From assembly GCF_009914755.1 (NCBI RefSeq), contig NC_060925.1: a stretch of 64,000 bases of DNA. One strand, given 5' to 3'. This DNA comes from the human T2T-CHM13v2.0 reference genome, Homo sapiens. A program made the translations under genes and the position numbers. The notes under the pieces were generated by a model that had not been told where the DNA came from, did not search any database, and saw only the letters and a program-made list of their open reading frames with translations. How positions within the stretch are numbered: position 1 is the first letter of the stretch; the number at the start of each line of letters is the position of its first letter. Of the stretch, positions 10,732 to 30,646 are shown in pieces.

Positions 10732-12557
10732 CTATAGAGGAGGAAAGATAAGAATTATATGTAACTTCTCAGAAACCATACAAGGAAGACAGTGGAATAA
10801 AATATTTAAAGAGTTGAGGGGGGGAAAAAAGCCCTCTGGGATTTGGTACCCTGTGAAATTATCCTTCAAAAGTGGAGGAGAATTACTTTCTCAAACAAAA
10901 ATTTGTTGCCAGTAGATCTGCCTTGCACTAAATGTTAAAAGAAGTTCTTTATAGAAAGAAGAAAAATAACATAGATCAGAATCTCAGGTTTGCATAAAAA
11001 AAGGAAGAGCTTCAAAGAAAGAATAGATAAAAATAAAATTAAAACCTTTACTTATCTTATTTTGAATTGTCCCAACATGTAGTTTGTTCAATATAATAAT
11101 AGCAACAATGTATTTGACTATGTATGCTTATGTATATATCATATATATGCATATGTATGCTTCTATGTAAGCAAAATAAATGGCAGCGAAGATACAAAGA
11201 ACAGGAGTAAAGAGCTAAGATTATTTTCTTATTATAAGCTACTCACACTACCTGTAGAGTGGTATAATGTTATTTGAATGTAGGCTTGGATTAGTTGTGA
11301 ATGTATATTGTTAAAATCTACAGCAACTAAAAAAGATAAAACAGCTAAGAAAGGAGAGAAAATGAAACTACGAAATGTTCAATTAAAACTACAAAGGGCA
11401 GAAAAAGAATGGAAGACAAAAATAAGAACAAAGAAAGGGGGCAACAAATAGAAAAAAAGTAGCAAGTATTATAGATATTAATCAAACTATATCAATAATC
11501 ACTTTGAATGTCAATGGTCTAAATGCACCTATTAAAAGATGGAGATTGTGAGAATGGATCAAGAAACAAAACTCAACTGCATGTTCTCTACAAGAAACCC
11601 ACTTTAAATATAAATATACATATAGATTAAAAGTGAATTGGTGGGCAAAATATACTATATTAACACTAATCAAAAGAAAGTAGTAGTACCAATATTAATT
11701 TCAGACAGAACAAGCTTCAGATCAAGGAAAGTTATCAGAAATCAAGAAGGGCATCACACAATGAAAAAGTGGTGAATTATCCAAGAAGACATAACAATCC
11801 TTAAAATGTATGCACCTAATAGGCATCAAAATGCATGAGGCAAAAACTGATAGAAATGCAAGTAGAAATAGATGAACCACTATTATAATTGGAGACTTCA
11901 CTGCTATTCTATCAGAAATAGAAAAACGCAGCAGGCAGAAAATGAGTAAGTACATAGTTGAACTCAACAACACCATCAATCAATTAGGTGTAACGGACAC
12001 CTATAGACTACTTCATCCAACAAGAGCAGAATATACATTCTTCTCAAACTCATATCAAACATTCACTAAGAGAGACCACATTCTGGCTCATAAAACATAC
12101 TTTAACAAATTTAAATGAACAGAAATCATACAATATCTGCTTTCAGACCACAATGGAATTAAACTAAAAACTAATAACGGAAAAATAGGTGAAAAATTCT
12201 AAAATACATGGAGATTAAGTAACACACTTTTAAGTAATACATTGGTCAAAGAAGAAGTCTTAAGAGAAATTTAAAATATTTTGAATTAAGTGAAAATAAA
12301 AACATAACTTACGAAAATGAGTGGGATGTAATCAAAGCAATGTTCAGAGAAAAATTTATAGAATTGAATGCATGTATTAGGAAAGATGTAAAATCCATCA
12401 TCTAAACATCATCCTTTGCTGAAACTGACATGTGAAGAAATAGAGAATCTGAATAGGTGCATACCAGTAAACAAATTGAACAAATAATTAATAAACTTCA
12501 AAAATAGAAAGCACGAGGCCCAGATGGGTTCGCTGATGAATTCTACCAAATATTTAA

Positions 12558-12882
<325 letters not shown>

Positions 12883-14249
12883 TACAATCTCTCTTAACAG
12901 ACAGAAACAGAGGGAATACTTCCTAACTCATTCTACGAGGCTAGCATTACCCTAATACCAAAATTAAAGACATTACAAGAAAAGAAAACTACAGGCCAGC
13001 ATATCTCATTAGTATAGATGCAAAAATCTTCAACAATATATTAGCAAATTAAATCCAACAATGTATAAAATGAATTATACACCACAGCCAAATGAGATTT
13101 ATCCCAGGTATGCAAGGTTGATTCAGCACTAGAAAATCAATTAATTTAATTCATCACATTAACATGCTAAAGAAAATTCACATGATCACATTAATAGAGG
13201 TAGAAAAAGCATTTGATAAAACCCAAAACCCATTCACAATAAAAAATTTTCAGTAAACTATAAAAAGAGGGAGAACTTCCTTGACTTGATAACAATATCT
13301 ACAAAAAAAAAAAAAAACAAATCCTACAGCTAACACAAACTTAATGGTGAAGAACGCAAAGCTTTCCCCTTAAGGTCAGGAAGAAGGCAAGGATGTCTCC
13401 CTTCACCATTGATTTTCAACATTGTACTGGAGTCCTAACTATTGCAATAAGACCAGAAAAAGAAATAAAATATTTACAGCTATGAAGAAGAAATAAAACT
13501 GTCTTTGTTCACAGATGACAGGATCATCTATGTAGAAAAATATTAAAAAGGACAAAAATATTCTGTAATTAATAAGTGACTATAGCAGTGTTTTAGGATA
13601 AAAGGTTAATACATAAAAATCAGTCATTTTCCTACATACCAGCAATGCACGAGAAGCACTTGAAATTAAAAACACAATATCATTTACATTAAGAACCCCA
13701 AAAATGAAATACTTAGGTGTAAATCTAACAAAATATGTATAAGATCTATACAAGGAAAACTATGGAAATTGGATGAAAAAAATCAAAGAATAACTAGATA
13801 AATTGAGACATTCAATGTTCATGGAAAATAATATTCCATATTGTCAAGATGACAGTTATTTCCAACATAATATATAGATTCAATGCAATACCAATCAAAA
13901 TCCCAGCAAATTGTTTTGTGAACATTGAAAAAGTGATTCTAACGCTTATATAAAGAGGCAAAAGATGCAGAATAACTAACATAGTATTGAAGGAGCACAA
14001 AGTTGAAAGACTGACATTAGCTGACTTCAAGATTTACTATACAGCCATAGTAATTAAGACAGTGTGGTACTGGTAAAAGAACAGACAAATAGATACATGG
14101 AACAGAACAGAGAGTCAAGAAATAAACCCACATAAATATAGTCAACTGATGTTTGACAAAGGAGCAATAAAATTGATAAAAGATAGTCTTTCAACAAATA
14201 GTGCTGGAACAATTCGAATTAGACATTCACATGAAAAAAAAAATTGAAG

Positions 14250-14420
14250 GTGACTTCTTGGGTAGGCGTGGGATTCCTTTCTGGGTGACGAAAATGTACT
14301 GGATTTAGATTGCGATGATGGTTGCACAATTTTTTAATATATTAAAAGATCACTGAATTTTGCACTTTAAAAGGTGAATTTTATACAATGTGAATTATAT
14401 GTCAATGAAGTTATTAAAAA
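14250..14420 (+). mobile_element. L1MB/ME-type 3' terminus
   Basis: GGGTGACGAAAATGT...GATGGTTGCACAA...CACTTTAAAAGGTGAATTTTAT...TGTGAATTATAT. Confidence 0.7.
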
Positions 14421-14479
14421 GAAACATGCAGATAATATAGGTATTGTAGTAAACATAGAGCATAAAAAGCTATTATTAA

Positions 14480-14895
14480 TATTTATTCCCATTCTATTTC
14501 CCACAAGGCCTCTGACAATAATCAATCCAGTTTCCTTTCTTATGGGTTTGCCTATTAGTGACATCTTACATAAATAGAATAATACAATATATGGCCTTTT
14601 GTGACTTGCTTCTTTCACTTGGCGTAATGTTTTTAAGGTTCATTCATGTATTAGCATGTATCATATTTTTATTCCTTTTTATGGTTACATAATATTCCAT
14701 TGTATGAATATACCATGTTTTATTTGTACATTCATCAGTTGATGAATGTTTTAGATTGTTTCCACTTTGGAGGTATTGCAAATCATACTGCTATGAATAT
14801 TCATATACAAATTTCCATGTAAATATATTTTCATTTTTCTTGGGCATATACCTAGGAGTGAAATTACTGGGTCATATGGTAACTCTATGTTACCC
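14480..14895 (-). mobile_element. Old L1M 3' fragment
   Basis: Antisense L1 text: TTTTGTGACTTGCTTCTTTCACTT...TACCTAGGAGTGAAATTACTGGGTCATATGGTAACTC. Confidence 0.75.
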
Positions 14896-14993
14896 CACAG
14901 AAGGAAACAATAAAGATAAAACTAGAATTAATGAGGCAGATAATCGAAAAGAACAGATCTAACTGAAAATCAAAATCCTGAGCTTTTTATCTT

Positions 14994-20600
<5,607 letters not shown>

Positions 20601-20612
20601 GAAAAGAAAAAA

Positions 20613-21500
20613 TATTTTTAACTTTTAGGTTCAGGGAACGTGCAGGTTTGTTACATAGGTAAACTCATGTCACAGGGTTTGTTGTAGATTATTTCATCAC
20701 CCAAGTACTAAGCCTGGTACCCATTAGTTATTTTTCCTGATCCTCTCCCTCCTCCCACCCTCCACCTTCTCAAAGGTGCCAGTGTGTGTTAGCCCCCTCT
20801 ATGTGTCTACGAGTTTTCATCACTTCTCTCCCACTTATAAGTGAGAACATGTGGTATTTGGTTTTCTATTCCTGCATTAGTTTGTTAAGGATAATGACCT
20901 CCAGCTCCATCCATGTTCCTGCAAAGGACATGATCTGATTCTTTTTTATAGCTGTATAGTATTCCATGGTGTATATGTACCCCGTTTTCTTTATCCATTC
21001 TACCATTGATGGGTTATTAGGTTGATTCCCTGTCTTTGCCACTGTGAACAGTGCTGCAATGAACATTTGCGGGTATGTTTCTTTACAGTAGAATGATTTA
21101 TATTCCCTTGGGTATGTATCCAATAATGGTGTTGCTGGGTCAAACGATATTTCTGCTTTCAGCTCTTTGAGGAATCATCACACTGCTTTCCATAATGGCT
21201 GCACTAATTTACACTCCCACCAATTGTGTATATGTTCCCTTTTCTTTGCAACCTCACCAGCATCTGTTATTTTTTTACTTTTTAGTAATAGCCATTCTAA
21301 GTTTTGTGAGCTGATATCTCATTGTGGTTTTGATTTGCATTTCTCTAATGATCAGGAATGTTGAGCTTTTCTTCATATACTTGTTGACCACAGGTATGTC
21401 TTCTTTTGAAAAGTATCTATTCATGTCCTTTGCCCACTTTTTAATGTTTTCTTTCCTGTAAATTTGTTCAAGTTCCTTATACTAGGCCTTTGTCAGATGC
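20613..21500 (-). mobile_element. L1PA (about L1PA10-14) 3' fragment
   Basis: Antisense 3'UTR GTGCAGGTTTGTTACATAGGTAAAC...; ORF 20866-21123 minus gives the ORF2 C-terminus (MFIAALFT...YTMEYY). Confidence 0.88.
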
Positions 21501-24500
21501 AACAGACTTAAACAGATTCTTCATAAAAGAAGCATATCAAAGGGCAAAGAAGTATGTGAAAAGGTTCTAACCCTTGTTAATCATCAGAGAAACACAAATT
21601 AAAAACATAATAGGATTCCACTACTTACCCACTAGAATGACTATAATCTTACAAGATGAGACTACCAAGTTCATACCAAGCCAGGATGTGGACCATCTAG
21701 AAATTTCATATACTATATTAGTTGTATGTTTATATGTCCAAAATATTTATAATTACATATGTATGTATACAAATTATGTATTCATATGTATATATGTATA
21801 TACAGACTTAAATAAATAAACAGGATCTCATGGACCAAATGATGGGTACAGCACCTTTCCAAAGAGTATTTATGCTTTATATGATAAAATTAATAACCCA
21901 TAAGGTTGTCAAATGTAACCTAGCCCTTACTTATGACAGATATTGTTAAACAATATTATTAGTCTTTTCTAACAATCTTTTAGGCAAACAATCTTAAAGA
22001 TGCAGTCACTACCAACATTAGAAAGTGGAATAAAATCTGTTGTCATCCCTGGCTGAAGCATAAAAATAAATCATTAACACCAGGATTTCAAACTTTGTGG
22101 TATTACTTGTTTGATGGAGAGAGCTCTGGGTTGTAAGACTTCTGTATGCCTTTGATCACACCACTAAGCAGGCACCTATTCTGCCACAGACTAAGGCTGA
22201 CTTTGCCCTGAAGCCATAGCAGCTTGACAGGACTGACACACCTAAACCTCAAACAGAATCCAGGTCAACCATTTTTGATAAAAGATCCCATGAGAATGAC
22301 CTTACAATATTAGTAACTACTACAGTTTTGATTGTTTATTAGGAAATAAAATGTTCTCTTGAAACTCTCCCTAGAGGAGAATCAGAACTTTTAACATTTG
22401 AGAAAGACCCTAAAATTGAAAAAGTATCCTCTTTATGTTAGATGATCATTTCAGAATACTCTTTAAATTTACATAGCACACATCTCAGTAGTAAATATTT
22501 TCTGAAAATTCTTATTTGATGTATTAAGCTATCTTTCAGTTATTACTTAATATTGTGACTATACATTGGAGATTCACATTTTCTTTTGGTAAATTGTATT
22601 CTTAGACACAAAATAAGCATGTGTTTATATATTGTGTCCAATAATATTTATCTTATATAAAATATAGTTCTTAATGTTTCATAAAATGGCTTCCTGAAAC
22701 AATGTCTACTTTCTCTTATACTTTTAATACCTATGAATCACCTATTATAATTAATTACAAACTAATCATTTTCACTTTTTTATAATCATGTGAGGTTGGA
22801 AGCAAGTAATTTATCCAATGTTTCAAGAAATAGGTCACAGCAATTTGTATAAAGTCATAAATTTTTGTTATATTTTGAAACCAAAAAAATGCATATTTGA
22901 CTTATTCTCTAATGTACCACAGCAAACGAAAACCTGGTTTTTGATTAAGTATTCACGACAATGTCATCTTTTCTCTATGTTGATTGACTTACGAGATGAA
23001 GGATCATGGCCTGGAATATTATCAATACCCAGAACACAGGCTAATGCTCAAAAAATACTTGCTGAATATTCTAAATGGAAAACTGTTTTCTAAATTAATA
23101 AATCGATGATTTCATGGAAGTATCTTTCCCTAGAAACTTACCTAAATGGCAATCATAGAAATTCTTTTCCATATTCTGCAGAAAACAGCAGATGATCTCT
23201 CATGGCATAGTGAAGATGATGCACTTCCTCTTCAAATCCTAATAAGTTAATTTCCTATAGCAAGTAAGAGTTTGGCTGTTGCTTCAAATAAAACTCATCC
23301 TCAAGGTTCACATATTATTTGTACTGCACCCTCTTCTGGTACCTGGAATCTCCTAACCAGGTATTGAAATCTTTTTACATGCAACTGTATTTAATAGCTC
23401 TAATAGTCACATAAGTGCTTGCTTAAGAAGGTCAGAGGGACCTTGAGGCTCGTACCCAGTAAGGTAACAAAAGACCTATAAGATGGTTAGTGAAAAATCG
23501 AATGAAATAGAGAAATCTTAGTGTCTGATAGGCAGAGGTTCCGGCTCAGTGTTCTGTGTGAATTAATTCTTTTATCGGGAATGGTTTTTACGAGCATTTT
23601 CTTTCTATGCATACCAATTCCAGAGGAGCGGCTATATCAGACTGAAAGGCATCAGAGTTCAGCCAACTCAGAGCCATTTATTTATTGAAAAGTTTATCTC
23701 TGTATTAAATTCTTACTGAAGAGGGTTTCATTAGGCCCACAAGACCAGTATAAACAGGGAGCTGCTGAGTTATTAGGAAAACGAATCGGGAGCTAACTTC
23801 TCAGTCTGTTTTTTGTTCCCATTGCTCACACACCAAGGCTGCCAATGGCGCCAAGAGAGATGCTTGTATTCAACTTGGAATTTTTTTTTATTTCCTGCAT
23901 TTGAGCAGGCCACAATTTATATCACTCAGGTCTCCTTAAATTAGTCCAAGAGGATTTCATTTTACAGGCCTGCTTGACTGGGATCCTTTTGGCACGATGG
24001 GTTCAGCTTTGTATACAACTGAGATTCATATTTTATGTGTGTGTAAAAACCCCAGCCATGAATCTAGCATCTCAAAGCTTCACCTTCATTCTTTACAGCT
24101 CAGTTCAGAGCCCGGCACATTGCCATAGGCTGAGTCTCAGGGCAGCTCCTGGCTGAGCTGAAAGGACAAAAGCTAAAAATAGATTAACGAACTCAGGGGC
24201 GTAAGAAGAGAAAACAGGACTCTTTCAGTTCTTCTTTACATCACACTTCCCGAATTAATATGATGCGGACCTAATGCCTCCCACTCACACGTTTAAATTG
24301 AAACAGCACTTTTGGCCAGGCATTGTTTTCTGCTTTTAAGTAAAAGAGGTCTTAGAATTGTCAGAGGTTTCTGAAATCCTGTCACTACCATGGACCTACT
24401 TGGCTAGGCTGCCAAGCTTCAACCTCCTGTTTTCGCTCCTTTTCACCAGATACTCTCTAGCTGCAGTTGCATCTCTGTTTTGTGGTCTTGCTTTTCTTCT

Positions 24501-25094
24501 AACTCCATTGGTCTACAAACTTAAAACGGCTGCCATAGCAGGGCTGATAAAGCAAAGTGCAAAAGAGAGCTGGGAAGTTTTGATTTGTTACTATTACTAT
24601 AATTTTGTAGGATTTTCAGAAATCCTGCTCTATATCAATCCACAATGATATATCTTCAAGTATAATGTTGTTCAGTGCTGAATAGAAGCAGTGTCCATAA
24701 ATGGCACTGTAAGAATGCATGTATGTTATAGATAATAGAGCAATGCCCAGAGGAGTGAACAGATCGATGAGAGTTCTGTTTCCGTTTCTATTGTTTGTCT
24801 CTAATCATTTGCTTATTTGAACTAAAGTTGATTGCCTTCCTTGGCATTATTAATGTCTGTAATGAACTATAAAGTCCATAGGTCTATGGAGTTGTTAATA
24901 TTTTAACACAATAAAAGTTGTAATCCCAATATTACATCTTTCTTAAAATAACAAATCTTGTCTTTAGAACCACGATTCATGAATTTCCTAATGAGTTCTT
25001 TCTCTATTATAAAATATTGCCTTCTACTTAATTTTCATCAACTTGTAAATTTGTTAAAGTTTTATGTAATTGTGATAGATAGAAACTGTGACCT

Positions 25095-25230
25095 CTGGGG
25101 CTTAACACCTAGATGACAGGTTGATAGGTACAGCAAACCACGATGGCACCTGTATACCTATGCAACAAACTTGCACATTCTGCACATGTATCCCAGAACT
25201 TAAAGTAAAAATCTAAAATAATAATAATAA
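25095..25230 (+). mobile_element. Very short L1PA (about PA7-8) 3' end
   Basis: GGCTTAACACCTAGATGACAGGTTGATAGG...GCACATGTATCCCAGAACTTAAAGTAAAA plus (TAA)n tail. Confidence 0.85.
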
Positions 25231-25980
25231 TGGAAAACGACTGGGTATCCAGCACCTATCTAATGCCAGAGAATTCTATGAATAAAAACAATGCACCCTC
25301 TCCATCCCCAAGAAGCTGACAATCTAGATACATAAACTATATGCATAGAAATAATGAGAATATCAAGCAATATATGACTAATTGGCAAAATAACTAGGAT
25401 GGGCAGAATGTATTGTGAGATTATGAAGAAGGAAAAGATCAAAATGTATTTCAATCATCTAGAAAGACATCATAAAGTAGATAGGATTTGACTTGGGCAT
25501 TAAAGGAAAGATAGAATTAGTGTAAAGCAAAAAAGAGAGGGAGAAAATATTTTTCCAGAAAAATGAAGAAAGGAGTGAAAGCGCCCAGAAGGAATAAGGG
25601 CTCAAAAGCCAGAAAAGCATATTCTTGGAATGGTGTCCACAATGCTGGTCTCCAGTAAACAGAAAGTGTTTGTCTGTCACATGGTTGATATCTCTGTGAG
25701 CCACACGACAGAACATGTACAGGATCTGGAACATGTATCTACAGTTGAGACTGGAACAACTAAGTAATTGTTTTTTCATATCAAAGTGACTTATCTAAAT
25801 ATCAGTCCTCCTCCTTTCACTCCTTCCTTTATTCTGTTCTTTTTTTCCTCCCTTTTATTCTTTTTCTCTCCTTTTCATATCTTCTCTTTCCTTCCTTTAT
25901 TTTATTATTTCCATCCAGGTAAAAATCCAAAGCTTGTATTAAAATGTGTGGGGATGAAACAAAGACCTAGTACAATAACA

Positions 25981-26392
25981 TGTTAGTTTACATTTTAAAA
26001 ATACCAGCTACTGTAACAAAGAACCCCACTCTTAGTAATTTAACACAATAAAGATTTGCTTCTTTCTACTGTTGCAGTGCAATGCAGATTGATGGAGGTG
26101 AGCGAGTTCACTTAGAGACCCAGCCTCCTCTTATTTAATGGCACTGCTATCCTAATTGTTCTCAGAACCTTCCCCGGTGTCTACATCTGACTGGAAGATG
26201 AGGGAAGAGAACACATGGAAGATAGCACTGGGGATTTTGTGGGTGGACCTGGAAGTGGCACACACATCACTTCTGTCTGCAGTTGCATTAACTGGAACTC
26301 AACTGCAAGGGAGGCCAACAAAGTAGTCTAGGTATGGCCCCAGCAGGAAGAGGGAATCCGTTTGATTCACACCTATCCAGTTCTCCCTGCAA
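25981..26392 (-). mobile_element. MLT1 (about MLT1K) MaLR LTR
   Basis: CTGTAACAAA...TTAACACAATAAAGATTT; GGAAGTGGCACACACATCACTTCTG; AACTGCAAGGGAGGC. Confidence 0.7.
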
Positions 26393-27399
26393 CTGCTATG
26401 AGCTTGGGTTTCACATGTTTGAAACCAAAAACTTTAGTGTCATTCTTTACCCTCAGAAAAAGCACATGGCCTGAGAAAATATTAGAACTTTTAACTTGTG
26501 CGAGTACTTGGAAAACAGAACTCCATAGGAAGATTCAGATGGGTAACTTTGTCCTCTATCCAACAAGTGATGAATCAATGCTGGATTCAATGATAACGAA
26601 CACCAGTGGCTGGTGCTGTAGAATTAGTTACCGTATACATAGTGCCTACAGAGAATGGGCAGTACCTTTGAAGAAGGAGGCAGGAAATCACTAGTCAATG
26701 ATATTGACAACCACCCATGTGAGGTTGGAGTGTCAGAGTAGCAGTGGCACGTCCAATTCCTTCAAGTATGTCTGAAGTGCAACACTCCATTTCTCACTCC
26801 TCTATCCTCCAATCACCACTTTACCAAAAATAGGATAGAAGGTCAGAGCATCTTACTGAGGTAGAGTTGGGGTAAAGAAGATGGGAAGAGACTGCTCTCT
26901 TCTACCAGGAAGCAGCTACAGCAGGAAGAGACTTTTATTTTGGCAAAGAAGGTGGCAGGCAGGTCTTCTATGAACTGATGGCCTAGCTAGAGTGGAAGGG
27001 GTTTACAGACACACGTAGCCCAGCTCAGCTGGTGCACCCAACAGAGTCACAGAGCCCCAAAAGATCAACGGTGATCTTTAGCAGCATGCCATAATGAGAG
27101 AGAACCAGCAAGTTCTTCAGTGGGACTAACAGTCTTGCACAGATGGCCCGAAACACTTATCTTTCAGCCACAGAGGCAGATACCATCAGCTACATAAAAG
27201 CCCCCACACCCAAGACTCCAGCACTTGGTGGAGGGCACCTCTCAGGGAGGGCAATCTGTGGCAGAGGGAGGGAACAGTAAGAGAGTGATGGTGTAGGAGA
27301 ACCAAAAGCAGATAGTGCCAACAGAGAGACCAAATACCAAAGTTGGAAGAGGCATCAAATTACAGGGTAGCATAATATAATGGATGATCATATCAAAGT

Positions 27400-27545
27400 T
27401 TAAGTCCCAGCTCAGAGAGTTTCTTGCCATGTGAATGTGGGCATCAATCCTAGTGAGTTATTGTAAGGTTTAAATTTGATATTGCATAGAAAGAGTTGAA
27501 TATAATGCTTGACACATAGTAAGTACTCAAGAAATGTTAGCTAGT
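27400..27545 (+). mobile_element. MIR SINE fragment, followed by a degenerate (TAG/TGG)n tract to ~27640
   Basis: TTATTGTAAGGTTTAAAT...TGCTTGACACATAGTAAGTACTCAAGAAATGTTAGCT. Confidence 0.65.
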
Positions 27546-29951
27546 TGTAAGGTTGTCATCGTAGTAAGAAGTAGTAGTAGTGATGGCGGTTAAAAGTAGT
27601 GATAGTCATGGTAGTAGCGGTAGTGGTGGTCTAGTAATTACTATATTAATTTATGAGTTGGCTTTCTGTAAGTACTGTTGAGGTTACAAAAAAAAAAAAG
27701 ACATATCAGTACCAGTTGACCATTTGGGAAAAAACAGACCCATAGTTAAGAAAAGTGGTTGGCTGGAGCTTTTAGGCTAGAGTAAAGAAAATTTATACAT
27801 ACACACACACACTCTCTCTCCCTCTTAGTTTTCTAAAGACTTTTGTTTGAAGAATAGTAATCAAGAAAGGTGTGTTTAAAGGCCTAATGCTTAATTCTTC
27901 CTGCAATGCAGCTAAGAGCAGGAAGTATGGGGGCTATTCTATTCAGGAAATATATTAAAAACATAGCACTGAGCTGTATAGAAGCACGCAAAAGATCTTT
28001 TAAAAAAATTAAGTTGCAAGAGGGAGGGAGCATCCCATTACTCTTCTCTTCCCAATTCACCCATTTTTCTACCTCAAATTCAGGTTACATATATTATTCC
28101 CTTCATTTACCTGCATTATTTTTCCCTGCAGTATATGAAACAACGGATTAGCTGCCATTCTTTCCCAAGCACCCTGAATATCATCTTTCTTGCTTTATGC
28201 TCCAAGAATTTCTTTCAACTAAATGAGGGTCAAACCATCTGATCTATTCAAGTCAAGCCAAGAGACCATCTTTACAAAATAGCACTGTTTCTAACAAGAA
28301 AAAGAAACAAGCAAAGTGATATAACTTTTTATTTCTGTTTATACGTACAGAAATAAAACATGTCCTTCCTCAAGATAAAGTAATCCCTGCATAACTAGCC
28401 TTTCTTCTTCTGTGTTTGAGGTGTTTTCAAAGCGTCCTTTAATGTTTCACTCTCTTTGAGCCAATCACTCAAAGCCTTCAGAGCCTCTCTGCTCCAGGTC
28501 TCAGCTTCCCTTGGCCTTTCTGCCATTTGCTTTTATCTCTTCCTTCTGAACAGCTGCTCCCTGATTACTGTTTTAACTTTTGGTGAGATTTTATTTATTT
28601 CCCTTTCTCTCATCCTATGAAGTAGGCAGGTTTTAGTTTTGTGAACCATATATTCAATTGTTATTACATCTTTCCACTTTTTCTTTCTTGTTATAATGTC
28701 CTATGACGATAGAAAGGAATTGAGAAAGATCGTTGCCTTGAGAGTTAATGGAATTTGCAGTGGAAAGAGCAAAACTGCTACAACCTAAATATTTGTTCAA
28801 ATTCCACAGAGAAGTGTCCACTGACCACAGAAACATTGCTCTTTACCTTGTCAATTAAATAAAAACAAAGGGAATGTGTAGGCATTTTTTAAAACAATAA
28901 AAGAAATAATCATTTGGATTTCTGTTATCCTGTCAAACTGAAGATCTCAAGGCACTTTCAGTAAATTATATTCAAGCATAGTTATCAACCACTGTTTCAG
29001 CTTGTAGGTAATAATTTTAATGCAGCCATAGCCACATGTAAGAATATTAAGCTATACTTATATGAAATGACAATTATACTCACTCATTAAAAATTGTATC
29101 ATTGAATGAGAAATTTAAATAACTGGCTTACCTTTTAGTTGAAAAATACATCAGTTTAATAAGGGGCCCATAAATGGACTATAGAGAGAGTTGTCACTTA
29201 AAGGCTGCCTGAGGTTCCTCTAAACAGGAGATAAAGGTAGAAACTCATCTTAAAGCAAATCTTATTGTTCCATGACATGTATGAATTTCCTGTCATCATT
29301 ATGTAAATGTAAGTTAATTTGGCTACCACTATTGTGCTGAAGGATTTAAAGGGAACCATTTGTGTCTTCAGAAACAACTGCCAGTGGAGGTACAGATCCC
29401 TGTCTAGGGAGAATGTGGTTATGTTTCATGTAGGGATTCGGGAGCCAAGTGGAAGGAAAAAGCTAGGGAACCTGGCCACTTCCATTTTGAAGTCTGATAT
29501 TATTAGACCTCTTCTCATGGACTGAGATTGCTCTGACCAAGACACATTGGAATTAGAGATCAGTGGTGCCTAAATTGAATCCATCATGATGGGAGGAGGA
29601 TCTGTCAGGGGTTCCAGGCTCAACATTACAGCGTAGCCAGTTGTGAAAGGGAGAGTTGGTTCTGACACATGTGGCTGCTGCTCAAAGCTCCTTCTAATTC
29701 AGCCACCTTGACATTGGAGAACTGTACTTTGAGAACAATGGCTTAGTATGAGAATATAAGCTAAAAACTACCCTTAGCCAAGAAGATGGACTCATATCTA
29801 CCTCCCTTGAAGAAACCATGTTGTCCGCAGCAGGGTAAGTTTTCACCATAGCAGTCGACACCTAAATAAGGCTCACATTCAATTATGAGGACCTACTTTC
29901 AAAAGCTACCCTGTAATAGCAGCAAAGGCAATGGAATTTAAGTTAAGGGAT

Positions 29952-30053
29952 TGACAAGATCAGATTTGGCAATTATTATCATTTGGCAATGATATCATTT
30001 GGCAATTCTTATCATTTGGTAGAGAATTTGGCAATTCTTATCAGATCTTGTCA
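29952..30053. repeat. 17-nt tandem array (ATTTGGCAATTCTTATC; 4 copies plus a partial) bracketed by 10-bp inverted repeats
   Basis: Units start at 29964, 29981, 29997, 30014 (partial) and 30026; TGACAAGATC at 29952-29961 and GATCTTGTCA at 30044-30053. Confidence 0.9.
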
Positions 30054-30646
30054 TTAAAATAGAAGAAGCTGCACACTGATGGGGACATCTAAAAGGACAT
30101 ATCTTCCCGATTGCATTTACCCACTTCCAACCATGTCTATTGTCAACAAGGCATGGACACTCAAGAAAGAATAATAAAGGTGCCCCTTCTAAACTAATGC
30201 AAGGAATGGTTGCAGAGTCGCCTGTCAGACATTGCTTGCTGATAGAGATTATGCGGGTTGCATCCGTGTTTGAAATCTAGCCTAGGAGATTCCAATTCTG
30301 GTATGACTAGATTGAAATCAATCTGTGATGAAACTTTCACCAGTTTACACTGCAGGAGAAAAAGAAAATATATTTTTTTCATATTTTTTTTCAGATACAT
30401 TATATTATACCAGATAGCTTATATCTTTCCTAATAAGTTGGTACTAAAGTGGTTTTTGTTTTATGCAATAATGGTGTAAGCATAGGGTCATTTTTTTATA
30501 ATGGCAATATTTTGAAAATAAAATTTGTCAGTCACTATATTGCTGGTTCTCAGGTGCTCTCTCTCTATTTCTCTCTCGCAGTAGGCTAAATACAAAAGAA
30601 TAGAAAGAATGATGTAGCAAACACGCCTAAAGAGTATTTCAATTTC

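Noticed and set aside
24400-24415. TTGGC-N6-GCCAA as a full NFI site
   Set aside because: The canonical NFI palindrome needs a 5-nt spacer.
26570-27350. Purine-rich segment that may be an old LTR
   Set aside because: No termini, TSD or recognisable consensus match that I can support.
29812-29840. ACCATG...AGG|GTAAGT, a possible tiny first coding exon (MLSAA) on the plus strand
   Set aside because: No promoter-like context or identifiable downstream coding exon; expected by chance in 64 kb.
29964-30042. CRISPR-like look of the 17-nt repeats
   Set aside because: Units are head-to-tail without unique spacers; eukaryotic context with no cas genes.
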